NCBI GenBank assembly: GCA_943704425.1
Contig: CALSCP010002825.1
Location: 1 to 42,972, forward strand
Origin: Ministeria vibrans ATCC 50519
Taxonomy: Eukaryota; Protista; Filasterea
Direction: 5' to 3'
Length of the DNA: 42,972 nucleotides
Positions 11,183-22,200 of the stretch are shown one piece after another; the first letter of the stretch is position 1; each line of letters opens with the position of its first letter. The notes below the pieces were generated by a model. The model was not told the origin of the DNA. It ran no database searches and worked only from the letters and a program-made list of their open reading frames with translations. A program made the position numbers and the translations under genes.

Positions 11183-12427
11183 TTACTGTCGCAACCCTCG
11201 TCGTCGTCGTTGTTGTTGAGCTTCTGTGTACGCAGCTGCCCCAACAGCTATAATGCCAACCGCGAGACCAATCGCTCCCCAAACGCTGACTACGAAACAA
11301 AAAAACAACAGACAATGAGAGAGTGTGAATTCAAACTGATCTCTCAGAGAGGCGTGATGTGTGTGTATGTATAGTTGTGTGTCTGTTTACTACTCATACC
11401 TCCTCCTCCTCTTCCTTCTTGTCGTCGTTGCATTGCAAGAGCTTCTTCGTCTGAGAGAATTTTGTTTTACAACGAATACTATATTAATCGTTCAATTTTC
11501 TCGTACGACCTTCTTCAAATTCCAGATGATCGTCGGGGATAATCCTGAGATAATCATCGCGAATGAGCGTCATAAGAGCAACAAATCGCGGCCCACAACG
11601 CGCAGATTCGTAGATATTCCAACGACCCAGAGGGGAAGGAATGAGCACGACTGGACGCTCACCAGTAGCACCCATACCCCACGTCACACAGAGATTGCGA
11701 GGTGAGCATAGGTGCTCGACGGTCTTTTCCAGCAGGTCCCATTGATTGCAGTCACCCAATGTGAGAGCGACATGAAGGGTCACGAGTTCAAGAAAAATTG
11801 AGCGAGGTCGAGATCCAAACGGCAGTTCGCGAACACGCGACTTGAGCAGCCGAATGACACTTTTGCAGTGACTGCGACGTCTTTCAGGCAACTGATCCAT
11901 GCGTTTGATAATGTCCACTTGAAACGGAGACGACGCGACCATTCGATACCTGAGGTTGGGAATGGAAACAAACAATCAACTCCGGTTTGGGTTTTTCTCG
12001 CTTACTCTTTCGGCAAGCGCTCAGGGTCATCCATTGCCTCTTGGCAGGTCGGCAAAATATCCATGGGCACATCGTTGATGGTGCATTGAACCGCATACGA
12101 TGTGATGTTGTCCACGGAGTTGGGGACGGCGCGCAAGAGGGCATTACTGATGTGTTGAAGAACTCGCGGAATCCATTCGCGAATTCTGGCTGCAGAGATG
12201 CCCGCGAGCTGGACCACGATGTCCACGTCGGAATCGACAGTGTCCGTGCCCTTTGCAGTCGAGCCGGCGCGTCTTACCTGCGCAACGCGGAAGGGAAACG
12301 CACCGCCTCGAAGGAGTTCTGAAACGGAGTCAACGGCGCAATTTTGGCGTTCTCGCTCGCGACGTGGTATCATGACATTCTCTGTCAAGTGCTGGTGTAT
12401 TGCATTGCGGGTGTCACGGTCGACCAT
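11183..12427 (-). CDS. OAS: 2'-5' oligoadenylate synthetase-like nucleotidyltransferase (~326 aa; 295 aa if intron 2 is retained)
   Basis: Exons 12006-12427, 11507-11949, 11400-11450 and 11183-11247 are phase-compatible. Pol-beta motif GSTAKGT…SDVDIVV with the third Asp in MDILP. The C-lobe motifs SPFQVDIIK, KSVIRLLK, PRSIFLELVTLH, LCVTW and RPVVLIP parallel OAS1 TELQRDFLK, KSLIRLVK, PPQYALELLTVY, LCIYW and RPVILDP. Confidence 0.85.
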
Positions 12428-12647
12428 AATAATAATTGTTGAGAAACTTGAGATTTGAAACAAGAGTGTACTAAACCAAACAATCCGCAACTAAGTAGTT
12501 TATTGACTTAGTTCGCTTCGTTCCAATGTGAGTGCAGTCACAGACCACCAGCCCACAATCCGCAGATCCCGATTTGCAAGTTAATTCGTCTTTGTTTCTC
12601 CAACTGCAGCGATCGAAATTGATGAATAATATACATTGCATGAATGT

Positions 12648-13978
12648 TTAGCAATTGAGTTTCTCGACTGCGTCATGGAGGCGTTGAGGGTACGACACGC
12701 GCGCATTGAGGATGTGCGCATAGCCCTTCTCGGCACACGCCTCGACACGATCGATGTCATTGGCAAGGTCACGCACCAGTGCGAGCAGACCGGTAAAATC
12801 GTCTCGTGGTACAAAATGGACGCCGGCTTCCCGTGCGTACAGCTCGTCGAGTCCCGGATCAAGAGAGTGTTCGCTGACAACACACTTGCCCTTGGCGTGT
12901 GCTCCGTCAATGCGATGCGTCTCCAGGCCTGCAGTAGGGTAGTAGTGGACATTGACAATGACGCGCGCTCGATTGATGCAGTCAACCTGTGTGTCAGGCG
13001 TCAACTGATTCATGATGACTCGCATTTCGCTCTAGGTGAGAAACAAAATAATTATGAAGACATCGTAATATTGCACAAAATAAACACACAAAAACAGACT
13101 TTCTCTCTTCCTCTTCGTCTTCCTCTTACTGCGTAAAAGAGGTCAATCATCTTTTTCCGGCGGTCGTTCATGTAGCCATAGAAGCAGGCGTGCAGAAAGT
13201 CATCTTTTCGTTCCTCGGGATACTTGGGTCGCAACTTGGAGAGTGTCGTTGTGGCTGGGCTGTCTGGCCGCCCAAAGTCGGACCAGACCATTTGATTGTA
13301 CATGGGCACAAGCGAACCGTCTGCGCCAAAGCGCGTCTTCCACTGCTGCAGATGCATCTGAGAAAAATCCCAGATGGCACATTTGCGGGCGGTTCGCATT
13401 GCAGCTGTGCGAACTGGCGTGTCAACATGCTGCTCAAGCTGGTAGATGATCATCTTCTCGGGTGGACCCGACGCACGGATGTTGCCCATGAGAAAGATCG
13501 AGTAGCCACTCAGCTTGTCGCGGTTGGTGAGACGCGCCAGTTGAGCAAGGAGGCCGTGGACGGACGGGTCGAAGAGACCGTCGCCGGGCGCACGAATCAC
13601 CTGGCACGGATTGGCCCATTCAGTGCCAACCGGGATGGGAATGGTGTCGGCACCCGTGTCGAGGCTGGCTGCTGCCGGGCTGCTGGCTGCCACCGCCATG
13701 GCTGGGCTCGTCGCCATCGCAGTCAAAGAAGGCGTTGGCATCAGCATGCGATTATGATCGTCGCTCGCGTCGTCCACTGTCGTGCCCGTGTCATCCTCTG
13801 CGGCCACAACAACTTCAACGGGATCGGTGGTCGTTCCAGAGCGCTGGAAGGAGACGAGGCCCGGCCGAAGAAGCGCCACGGAACCAAGGCAAACGAACAC
13901 TGTCAAAACAATGCCCCCTGCCAACACAACGCTTTTCAGCGACCGTCCGGGCGCCGACGTTTGTGTATGAGACACCAT
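12648..13978 (-). CDS. Type II membrane GT-B glycosyltransferase, CgeB/Glyco_trans_1_2-like (~410 aa)
   Basis: Exons 13130-13978 and 12648-13031 join in phase 0. N-terminal TM anchor and stem, then IIYQLEQ, IWDFS, FYGYMNDRRKK, ARVIVNVHYYPTAGLETHRI and GKCVVSEHS. Confidence 0.75.
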
Positions 13979-14114
13979 CTCCCACACCTATTTACAGCGA
14001 GTAGCAAAATCAGTCCCAATTAAGAAAAACAAACTGTGTAAAACTGAACTGAAAATAGTCTGAAATATTTTAATCTTAGTCAAATCTCTGATCCTCTCCT
14101 ACTTTTCAATTTTG

Positions 14115-15436
14115 ATGAAGTACGTTCTACTTGCTGTGGTGGCGGCCTTCGTCAGTGCTGCGTCGGCTGCGGCCCCCGAATGCCCTGAGGCTCCCCAAAC
14201 GCCCGGCGATCGACGTCCCGACAAAAATCGCCTGCGCGTTGTGGTAAGTGACCCGCCACTCTTGTACACTTACCTTCACTCTCTCTCTCTCTCGTACATT
14301 CGCTCCTACCGCTCTTCTTCTTCTTCTTCTGCATTTTTGTATTATTTTTTTTTATTTAAAAAACGTTTCCATGTCATCTGCTGATAACAACACTCTTCCC
14401 CTTCACAGACGTACAACACCGAATGGCTGTTTCTCGACGAGTCCCACATGCCCAACGCAACCGTGTCGAAGCCTTACAACACCAACTGCCCTGGCACGGG
14501 CTGCACGTGGCCCGACGAGGCGGCTGCGGAGGTGCATTTGAAGAAGACCGCCGAAGTGATTCATTCGCTTGACGCCGACATTTTGACTCTCGAGGAGGTC
14601 GAAGACTGCTTTGTGCTGCAGCACCTGGCCGAGGAGGTGAACAAGTTGTTCCCCGAGGCACATCACTACCGGCCGTACCTCAAGCGCGGCACGGACACGG
14701 CAACGGGTCAGAACGCAGCCCTGCTCACTCGAGTCGACCCTGACGTGGACTTGGAGCGCACGGCGGATCGCGCAACCTACCCCATTCACGGCTCTGAGTG
14801 TGGTTACAATGGCACCGGCACCTACGGCGTCAGCAAGCACTACTATACGCACTTTACCATCAATGGTGCTCGTGTCGGCCTTATTGGTGCACACTTTCTC
14901 GCCTTCCCCCTTCAAAAGGTGATCTCTTTATTCGCATTTGCACTCTCTTTTTATTCCGTCCCCCCCTCACTGACTTGTCATCGCAGGACCGGTGTTCAAA
15001 GCGCGAGGCACAGGCCACAGTGCTCCGTCAAATCCTGGAAAAGACACTGTCGTCGCAGGTGGACGAGGTGATCATGACAGGCGACCTGAACGACTACTCT
15101 GACCTAGTGCTGGATGAGGCCGGCAGTGTGCCCGTAAGCAAGGTCTTGAAGACTTTGCGGGTGGGCAACGGCACGTCGGAGGGCAAGTGGGCGCTGACCA
15201 ACGTTGCTGAGTTGATCAAGGACCAGAGCGTGCGCTACTCGGCCTGGTACGACTTTTACAAGGACTGCCAAGACGACGGCGGCAAGGACCACACGACCAT
15301 CGACCACATGCTCGTCTCGCGCGGCCTCCACGCTCGCCTCAAGCAGGCCCGCTACATCCACTCTTACGAGGTTGGCTGCGAAAGCGACTACTCCGACCAC
15401 TGGCCTGTCGTCGCCGACTTTGACTTCTCACAATAA
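14115..15436 (+). CDS. Secreted endonuclease/exonuclease/phosphatase (EEP, DNase I-like) family protein (~362 aa)
   Basis: Exons 14115-14243, 14409-14918 and 14987-15436. Signal peptide; motifs TYNTEWL, ADILTLEEV, GAHF, MTGDLND, TIDHMLVS and SDHWPV. Confidence 0.92.
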
Positions 15437-15737
15437 GCAAAATAAATATTAAACAAAAATAGTAGTATTTCAATTATTCTTTTTGGCAGAGCCTTATGTT
15501 CCTCCCAGGATAGCCTATTGCGTCGCTTGTTTGGCGATCGGCCAACCTGCCTCCGCTGCTTCTGTATAGCTTAGAAAGTGGTTCTGAGTTCGTTCTGAGC
15601 TTCTGGGATTCATTATGATATTGGGCTTGCTATTTTTTTTTTTTGCTAACAACCACGTCAATCCGACTACTACAACAGCCCACCATCTCCACCATTTGCA
15701 TAATAATAATTGTCCGTGTATTGTACAGAGGAGCTAC

Positions 15738-15875
15738 TCACTCGTGCGCGCCCTTGCCCTTGCCGCCACCCGTGCGTGCCCCGACGGTCTCAAAGTACGC
15801 CTTGCGGTTCTTCTTTCGCGCCTGCTCCCGTCGCACCTCCACCTCTGCCAGCTTCTTCTTGTGCTTCTCGTGAGA
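15738..15875 (-). CDS. Orphan terminal exon resembling the BMS1 C-terminus
   Basis: SHEKHKKKLAEVEVRREQARKKNRKAYFETVGARTGGG resembles, from memory, the yeast Bms1 tail (…KKLAKMEEEK…KKKEYFAQNGKRT…). It has a good tgtag acceptor. No other BMS1 exons are in the window. Confidence 0.55.
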   Translation of the reverse strand, partial: SHEKHKKKLAEVEVRREQARKKNRKAYFETVGARTGGGKGKGAHE

Positions 15876-15878
15876 CTA

Positions 15879-15879
<1 letters not shown>

Positions 15880-15931
<52 letters not shown>

Positions 15932-15932
15932 A
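15880..15932. repeat. (CA)n directly followed by a poly(A) run
   Basis: Seen directly; candidate mis-join point. Confidence 0.95.
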
Positions 15933-15974
15933 CATTCACTCTTTTGGGCGTTCACACACGTCCAATTCGACTAC

Positions 15975-16160
15975 CTTTACTCTCGACGTGGCCTTCAGCA
16001 GATACAACGGAGACCCCTCGGTGTTGGTCACGTCGACGGTGACGCCGCTCTTCACTCCTTTGGACTTCCATTCGATTTGGTCCGAGTCACAAAACTCGAG
16101 CAGTTCCGTCACCAACGCGTCGCGCTTCTCCTCCCAATTCGTACCATCTGCCTCGAACAT
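15975..16160 (-). CDS. START-domain protein, exon 1
   Basis: MFEADG…EWKSKGVKSGVTVDVTNTEGSPLYLLKATSRVK|gt is a START N-terminus. Its phase-0 donor matches the phase-0 acceptor at 9168, giving a complete 211-aa START protein. Confidence 0.8.
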
Positions 16161-16293
16161 CAGACTTCAGAGTGGTGCGCAAGAAATAGAAATGTTTAAT
16201 GTACCGTGATTTGATTTCAGATTTATCCGTGAACCGTCTCGTTTTGATCCATTTGATCGGATCAACTAAACTTATTCCATTTGTTTGTTTTCC

Positions 16294-19200
16294 ATGCGCC
16301 TATTGGGGCTTCTCTTCCTCGCAGCCGTCTGCTGCACCCTTTCGGACGCCTGCAATTGCCTAAATGGAGGCACATGCTCAGGGAATGTGGAACGTAAGTC
16401 TTTTTTTTTTTTTCGTTTTGCGGTTATGTTTTGAAACCGCAATCTCGCGAGAAAACACTCGTCGCTCCCCTCTCGCACTCGCTCTTGGTGGCCGCTGCGT
16501 TGCCATTGATTTTACATGCCCACCCGTGCCACTCGTCTGTCCACTCACCTACCGCAAGTGCCATCAAAGAAAAAAAAAGGAAACAGAGTCCTTCTGGCGT
16601 CGATGACATCTCTTGTTGGCCCTACTACCTACACTGTGTTCCTCCTGTGCCCCCCCCGCCCCTCCACACCTCTATGCGATCCCTTCTCACGCGGTTTTTT
16701 GCTTCTGTTGTGTCTCTTCGCAAATCACACCGCAGAAAAAGTCGTGTGGATCTTCAATGCCGGCACACCCAGCAGCAACTGCGTCGACCAGGACCCCGAC
16801 GAGGCTGGCATCGGTCTCATGAATGAGTGCATAAAAAACGCCGGAGTCAGCACGGTTGGTTCGTTTAGTTTTGCACCGCAGGGCACAAGTTGGAGGCAAA
16901 CGTACCATGGCAGCAGCGACTGCTCCGGCACTCTGACAGACTTCAGCACTCAAATCACGCAAGCCACGCTCGCGCAATGCGTTCCTTTCAGCTTCAGCCC
17001 TCGCTACTTTGGCATCATCAGCTTGGGCGGCACCTGCTCCTGCGCACCAGGCTACACGGGGAGCCTGTGCAACGTCCAGATGTGCGACTCCAACACGTGC
17101 CTCTACGGCGGCTCGTGCACCGAGCAAGTCTTCGTCGCTGGCACCTCTGTGGACGCGTACGACGTTGTACACACCCAGTTGCAACTGAGAAAACCCACGT
17201 CGGGCGATCTCCTCGTCAACCGCTACGAACTTGGCGACTACACTCTCGTGTCCGACTCTCTCAACCTCAATGTCATGGTGAATCCGTCGACGGGCCAGCT
17301 GCGTGTCATCACCAACGAAATCTCAAACGGCTCTGCTGTCGTCTCACACTTTCCCCTCTACGACACTCTCGATCCCGCCTACACCTCGTCTGCCGACACG
17401 CTTTTGGGCGTCTCCAGCGCAACAGTAGCACCCACCCTTGCCCCCATCTGTGCCTGTGCACCAGGCTTCTCGGGACCTCGCTGTGCCACCGCCGACTGCT
17501 CTATTGCCACATGTAAAAGTGGCGGGACGTGTGTTGGTACAAAATGCATGTGTCCCGTAGGCACATCTGGTGATCTTTGTGACATGCCAGTTATGCCTCT
17601 CGTGCCCACCCTCGCCGACACACTCACCCTCAGCGGCAACCTCTCCCTCGTTATTGGCCTCACCGCCGTCGACAGCGACTGGCCCACACAACGCTTTACC
17701 ATTGAATTCTGGATGCGCTCCACCGACACCGAAGCGGCCGTCGTCTCCTACATGGAAGCAGGTGTACCCACGACGACCAATGTAATTCGTGTCCTGATTG
17801 GCGCCAATGGTGTACCCGAAGTCCAAGTGGGCACGACCGAAGTGACTTTTGACGCATCAGCGACAACCGTTGTCAACACGGGCTCCTGGACGCACGTTGC
17901 CATTACCTGGGTCAGCTCATCCGGCACCGTCAACCTCTACATCAACGGTACATTCGTGGGCACTGGACAGACAGGGGCAACCACAACATACACTATCCCT
18001 CCCGGTGGCCCCCTCACCATTGGTCAAGAGCAAGACTTTCCCTTGGATCCTGCCATTAATGTAGGCACCCTTGACGCGTTACAGTCGTACGCCGGCGATC
18101 TTGCGGAACTGCGCGTGTGGAGCACCGAACGCACTCTCAATGAGATTCGCTGCAGCATGAACTTGCGCTTGAGTACCTCGCAGACTCTGCTCCCGATAAC
18201 CCTCTCGGCATACTGGCCACTGAGTGGCTCTCTGGACGCGCCCCTTGGTAACTTTAAACCACCACTGCAGCCTATTGTTGAGGATACTGCACCTGTCTAC
18301 GCCAAGACACTCGGTCTCATCTCCCCTTCCAGTCTTCATGTACCAACCACAGTTTATGCGACCCAGTGCGCCATGCTGATCAATGCACTCAACCTGCCCC
18401 AGAACTACACGAGTCCCTGTTCGGACGCGGTGCAGTCTGGGAACTCGCTTGGGTGCCACTCGCTCGCCGAGTGCCAACCTCTTGGCACAGCAGCATTCAC
18501 GTGTGCCTGTCCATCCCCCAACACGATTGGCGATGGTTTCTCTTGCGTCGTCGACCCGTGCGGGTCGAGTCCCTGTGCCAACGGTGGTACCTGTGCAGTC
18601 CTCAACGGTCTCTCGTTTCAGTGCTCCTGTCCAAGTGCGTGGCAGGGGACCACGTGCGCCGAGGCGACCGTCCTCGTCAGCAACGTCGCGCAGTCCCTCG
18701 TTGCCACCGGTTGCAACGACTCGTTTCCCTATCGAACCTCCCTTTCAACCTGGCCCTCCACATCCATGACCCTCTCCTTCTGGGTGCGCACCGCCGTGAG
18801 TGGTGGCGAGATTCTCTCATACTCGACATCGACCGTGAGCGACATGGTGCGCGTGGGAACAGTCGAAACATTGCTGTACCTTGCAATCAATGCGGACACT
18901 ATCAGCTGCAACAATATCATGATCTCCAATATTGACATCACCGATAATCAGTGGCATCAGATTACCATCACTTGGAGATCTTCGAGTGGCAGGGTCAAGT
19001 TTTACGACAATGGGGTGTTGGGGTTTGACAGTCAGGTGAACCTGAACCAATGCAGCCTATTTTCTCCCGCCCTTTCCATTGGCGTTTCCATTCCCTCGGG
19101 TGGCTACGTCACTATTGGCGAGGAGCAAGACGGGCAAGGATTCACCAGCAGTGGGGTACAGTCGTTTGTTGGCCAACTGCAAGAAATTCGTGTGTGGGAC

Positions 19201-22200
19201 ACGATTCTTTTCGATGAAGGCGTCTCATGCTTTCTTGACACGGCGTTCAGTTCGGTGCTCGAGCCATCTCTTGTGGCTTACTGGCGCCTCAACGGCAACC
19301 TCCGCGATTCGTCGCAATATGGACAACACTTGACCGAGGCGATTCCGTCGCCCAGCTCACCGTGTCCCGCCACTCGCATTACGTACACACCCGGTGTGGC
19401 CATCATTGAGCCGAGCCTCGTCCCCCCGCTTCAGGCTGTTGATGGTACCGGCATTGCACCACAATGTGACACACTTCTTGCTCTGGTCGCTGCTGTCACC
19501 ATTGCGCCCTGCTCCGCGGCCGCCCAGTCGATGAGCAATCGCTCGTGCAGTGAGCATGCAACCTGTACCGCTCTTGGTGTGCAGGCGGCGTTCACTTGTG
19601 ACTGCGAGGCGGGCTACACTGGGGATGGTATCACATGTGTGAGCCCGTGCGACTCATCACCCTGTCAGAATGGTGGCGTTTGCAACCCCACTTCTGCTTT
19701 TGAGTTTGCGTGCAATTGTCCCTCGGGCCTAACCGGCGCGCTTTGCGACATATTTGTCGTGTCCAACGACTGCGACTCTTCACCGTGCCTGCGTGGCGGC
19801 ACCTGCAGCAACATTTTGAATGGCTTCACTTGTGACTGTGTTGCTGGCTACACAGGGTCGCAGTGCCAAGCAGACATTGATGAGTGTCTCTCGGCTCCTT
19901 GCCAGAACGACGGCACATGTCAGAACGGTTTGAACAGCTTCAGGTGTGTGTGCACCGCCGGCCGGACCGGCACTGTTTGCGATGCGTTTGTTCTGCCCAG
20001 CGACTGCGAGTCGACACCCTGCCAGAATGGAGGTACCTGTTCGAACGTGTTGAACGCCTTCAGTTGTGCGTGTGTGCCAGGTTACACGGGCGCGCAGTGC
20101 GAAACCAATGCAAACGACTGCACACCGGGGGTGTGCAACAATGGCGGTACCTGCCACGACGATGTAGACGGATTTACATGTGAGTGCCCGCCTGGCGTAA
20201 CCGGTACCCTTTGCGATATTCATGTTGTCGTCAACGAGTGCGACTCGTCGCCCTGCCGCAATGGTGGCTCGTGTTCCGGAGTGTTGAATGGCTACAGTTG
20301 TACGTGTGTTTCCGGCTACACAGATGCACAGTGTCAAACCAATGTCGACGACTGTGCCTCTTCGCCTTGTGCCAATGGCGCGACATGCACCGATGGCCTG
20401 AAGAACTACACGTGCGATTGTGCAGAAGGATGGCACGGTGTCGCGTGCGACGTGAACACAGACGAGTGTGCTTCGTCACCGTGCCAAAACGGCGCAACGT
20501 GCACAGACATCACGGGCGGCTACACCTGTGCATGCATTCCAGGTTTCACCGGCGTCCATTGCACGTCCAGCATCAACGAATGTGCCTCGTCGCCGTGTCA
20601 GAATGGTGCTTCTTGCCTCGACTTGGATGCTATTTTCTCGTGTGTCTGCAACGACGGATGGGCGGGCACCACATGTGACATGAACGTGGACGAGTGCGCC
20701 TCGTCACCCTGTACGAATGGAGCGACTTGCACCGATGGTACCAACTCATTCACATGCAATTGTCAGTCGGGCTTTTCGGGCGTCTTGTGCGTCACCGACG
20801 ATGATGAATGCGCGTCGTCACCGTGTCAAAACGGTGCGACATGTGTGGATGATGTAAATGGGTTTGTTTGTACGTGTCCCACGGGTTGGCACGGCGCAGT
20901 GTGCGATATGGACATGGATGACTGCGTCTCGTCACCGTGTCAGAATGGTGGAACCTGCTCGGACCTGACCGGAGGTTATCAATGTGCCTGTGTCACAGGG
21001 TATACAGGTCTCGCGTGCACGTTAGATGTGGACGAATGTGCTTCGTCGCCCTGTCAGAACGGCGCCACTTGCTCCAACCTGGTAGGCTTATACTTATGTA
21101 CATGCGCTGTTGGTTGGACAGACATCATGTGTGACACTGACGTGAAAGAGTGCGCTTCGTCACCCTGCATGAATGGCGCAACCTGTGCGGATGCCGTGAA
21201 TGGATTCACGTGTGACTGTGTCGCGGGCTACTCGGGCACTCTGTGTGCGACGGACAACAACGAGTGCGCTTCGTCACCCTGCATGAATGGCGCAACCTGT
21301 GTGGAGGCTGTGGATGGATTCACGTGTGACTGTGTCGCGGGCTACTCGGGCACTCTGTGTGCGACGGACAACAACGAGTGCGCTTCGTCACCCTGTATGA
21401 ATGGCGCAACTTGCGCGGATGCCGTGAATGGATTCACGTGTGACTGTGTTGTTGGGTGGCACGGCACAGTGTGTGACGTGGACACGGATGACTGTGCGTC
21501 GTCGCCATGTCAGAATGGAGCAACGTGCATTGATATCACGACAGGCTATTCGTGTGGATGTGTTGCAGGCTTCACAGGTGTTCATTGTGTTGCCGATGTG
21601 GACGAATGTACTTCAATGCCTTGTCAAAATGCGGGCACATGCTCCAACCTTGCTGGCTCGTACTCGTGCACGTGCGCCGATGGCTGGACGGGTGCCATGT
21701 GCGATGCAGACATCGACGAGTGTGCCTCGTTGCCTTGTATGAACGGTGCATCATGCCTGAACAACGCCAACGCGTTTGCTTGCAGCTGTGCGCTGGGCTA
21801 TTCCGGCGCACTCTGCGCGACTGACGACGACGAATGTGCTTCAATGCCTTGTCAAAATGCGGGCACATGCTCCAACCTTGCTGGTTCGTTCTCGTGCACG
21901 TGTGTTGCTGGCAAGACTGGTACTGTGTGCGACACGGACGTGGACGAGTGTGCCTCATCACCCTGTCAGAATGGTGGAACATGTACCAACGGCAACAATG
22001 TCTTTTCGTGCACCTGTGTCATTGGATATGCCGACGCCACCTGCTCCACCAACGTGGACGACTGTCTGTCGTCGCCCTGTGCCAATGGTGGTACGTGCAT
22101 CGATGCTGTGGCTTCGCACTCGTGCGTGTGTCCCTTTGGCTTTGTGGGTCCATCCTGTCAGCTGGCGGGTTTTCTGGTGGGCGGTTCTACCGTCACATCA

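Noticed and set aside
6437-12427. Sirtuin plus OAS as a CBASS/Thoeris-like operon
   Set aside because: They are separated by the START gene and a scaffold gap and probably come from different contigs; the sirtuin is SIRT6/7-derived, not ThsA-like in sequence.
12535-12542. CAGTCACA (HomolD-like box) upstream of OAS
   Set aside because: Single 8-mer that also occurs in a non-promoter position (~36559); compatible with chance.
9327-15436. Endogenous giant virus or Polinton insertion
   Set aside because: No capsid, packaging ATPase, polB or integrase; the genes carry host-type introns.
16516-16735. N-terminal 73 aa of the 2790-aa ORF as the RTK start
   Set aside because: Reads through intron 16394-16735; the signal-peptide exon is 16294-16393.
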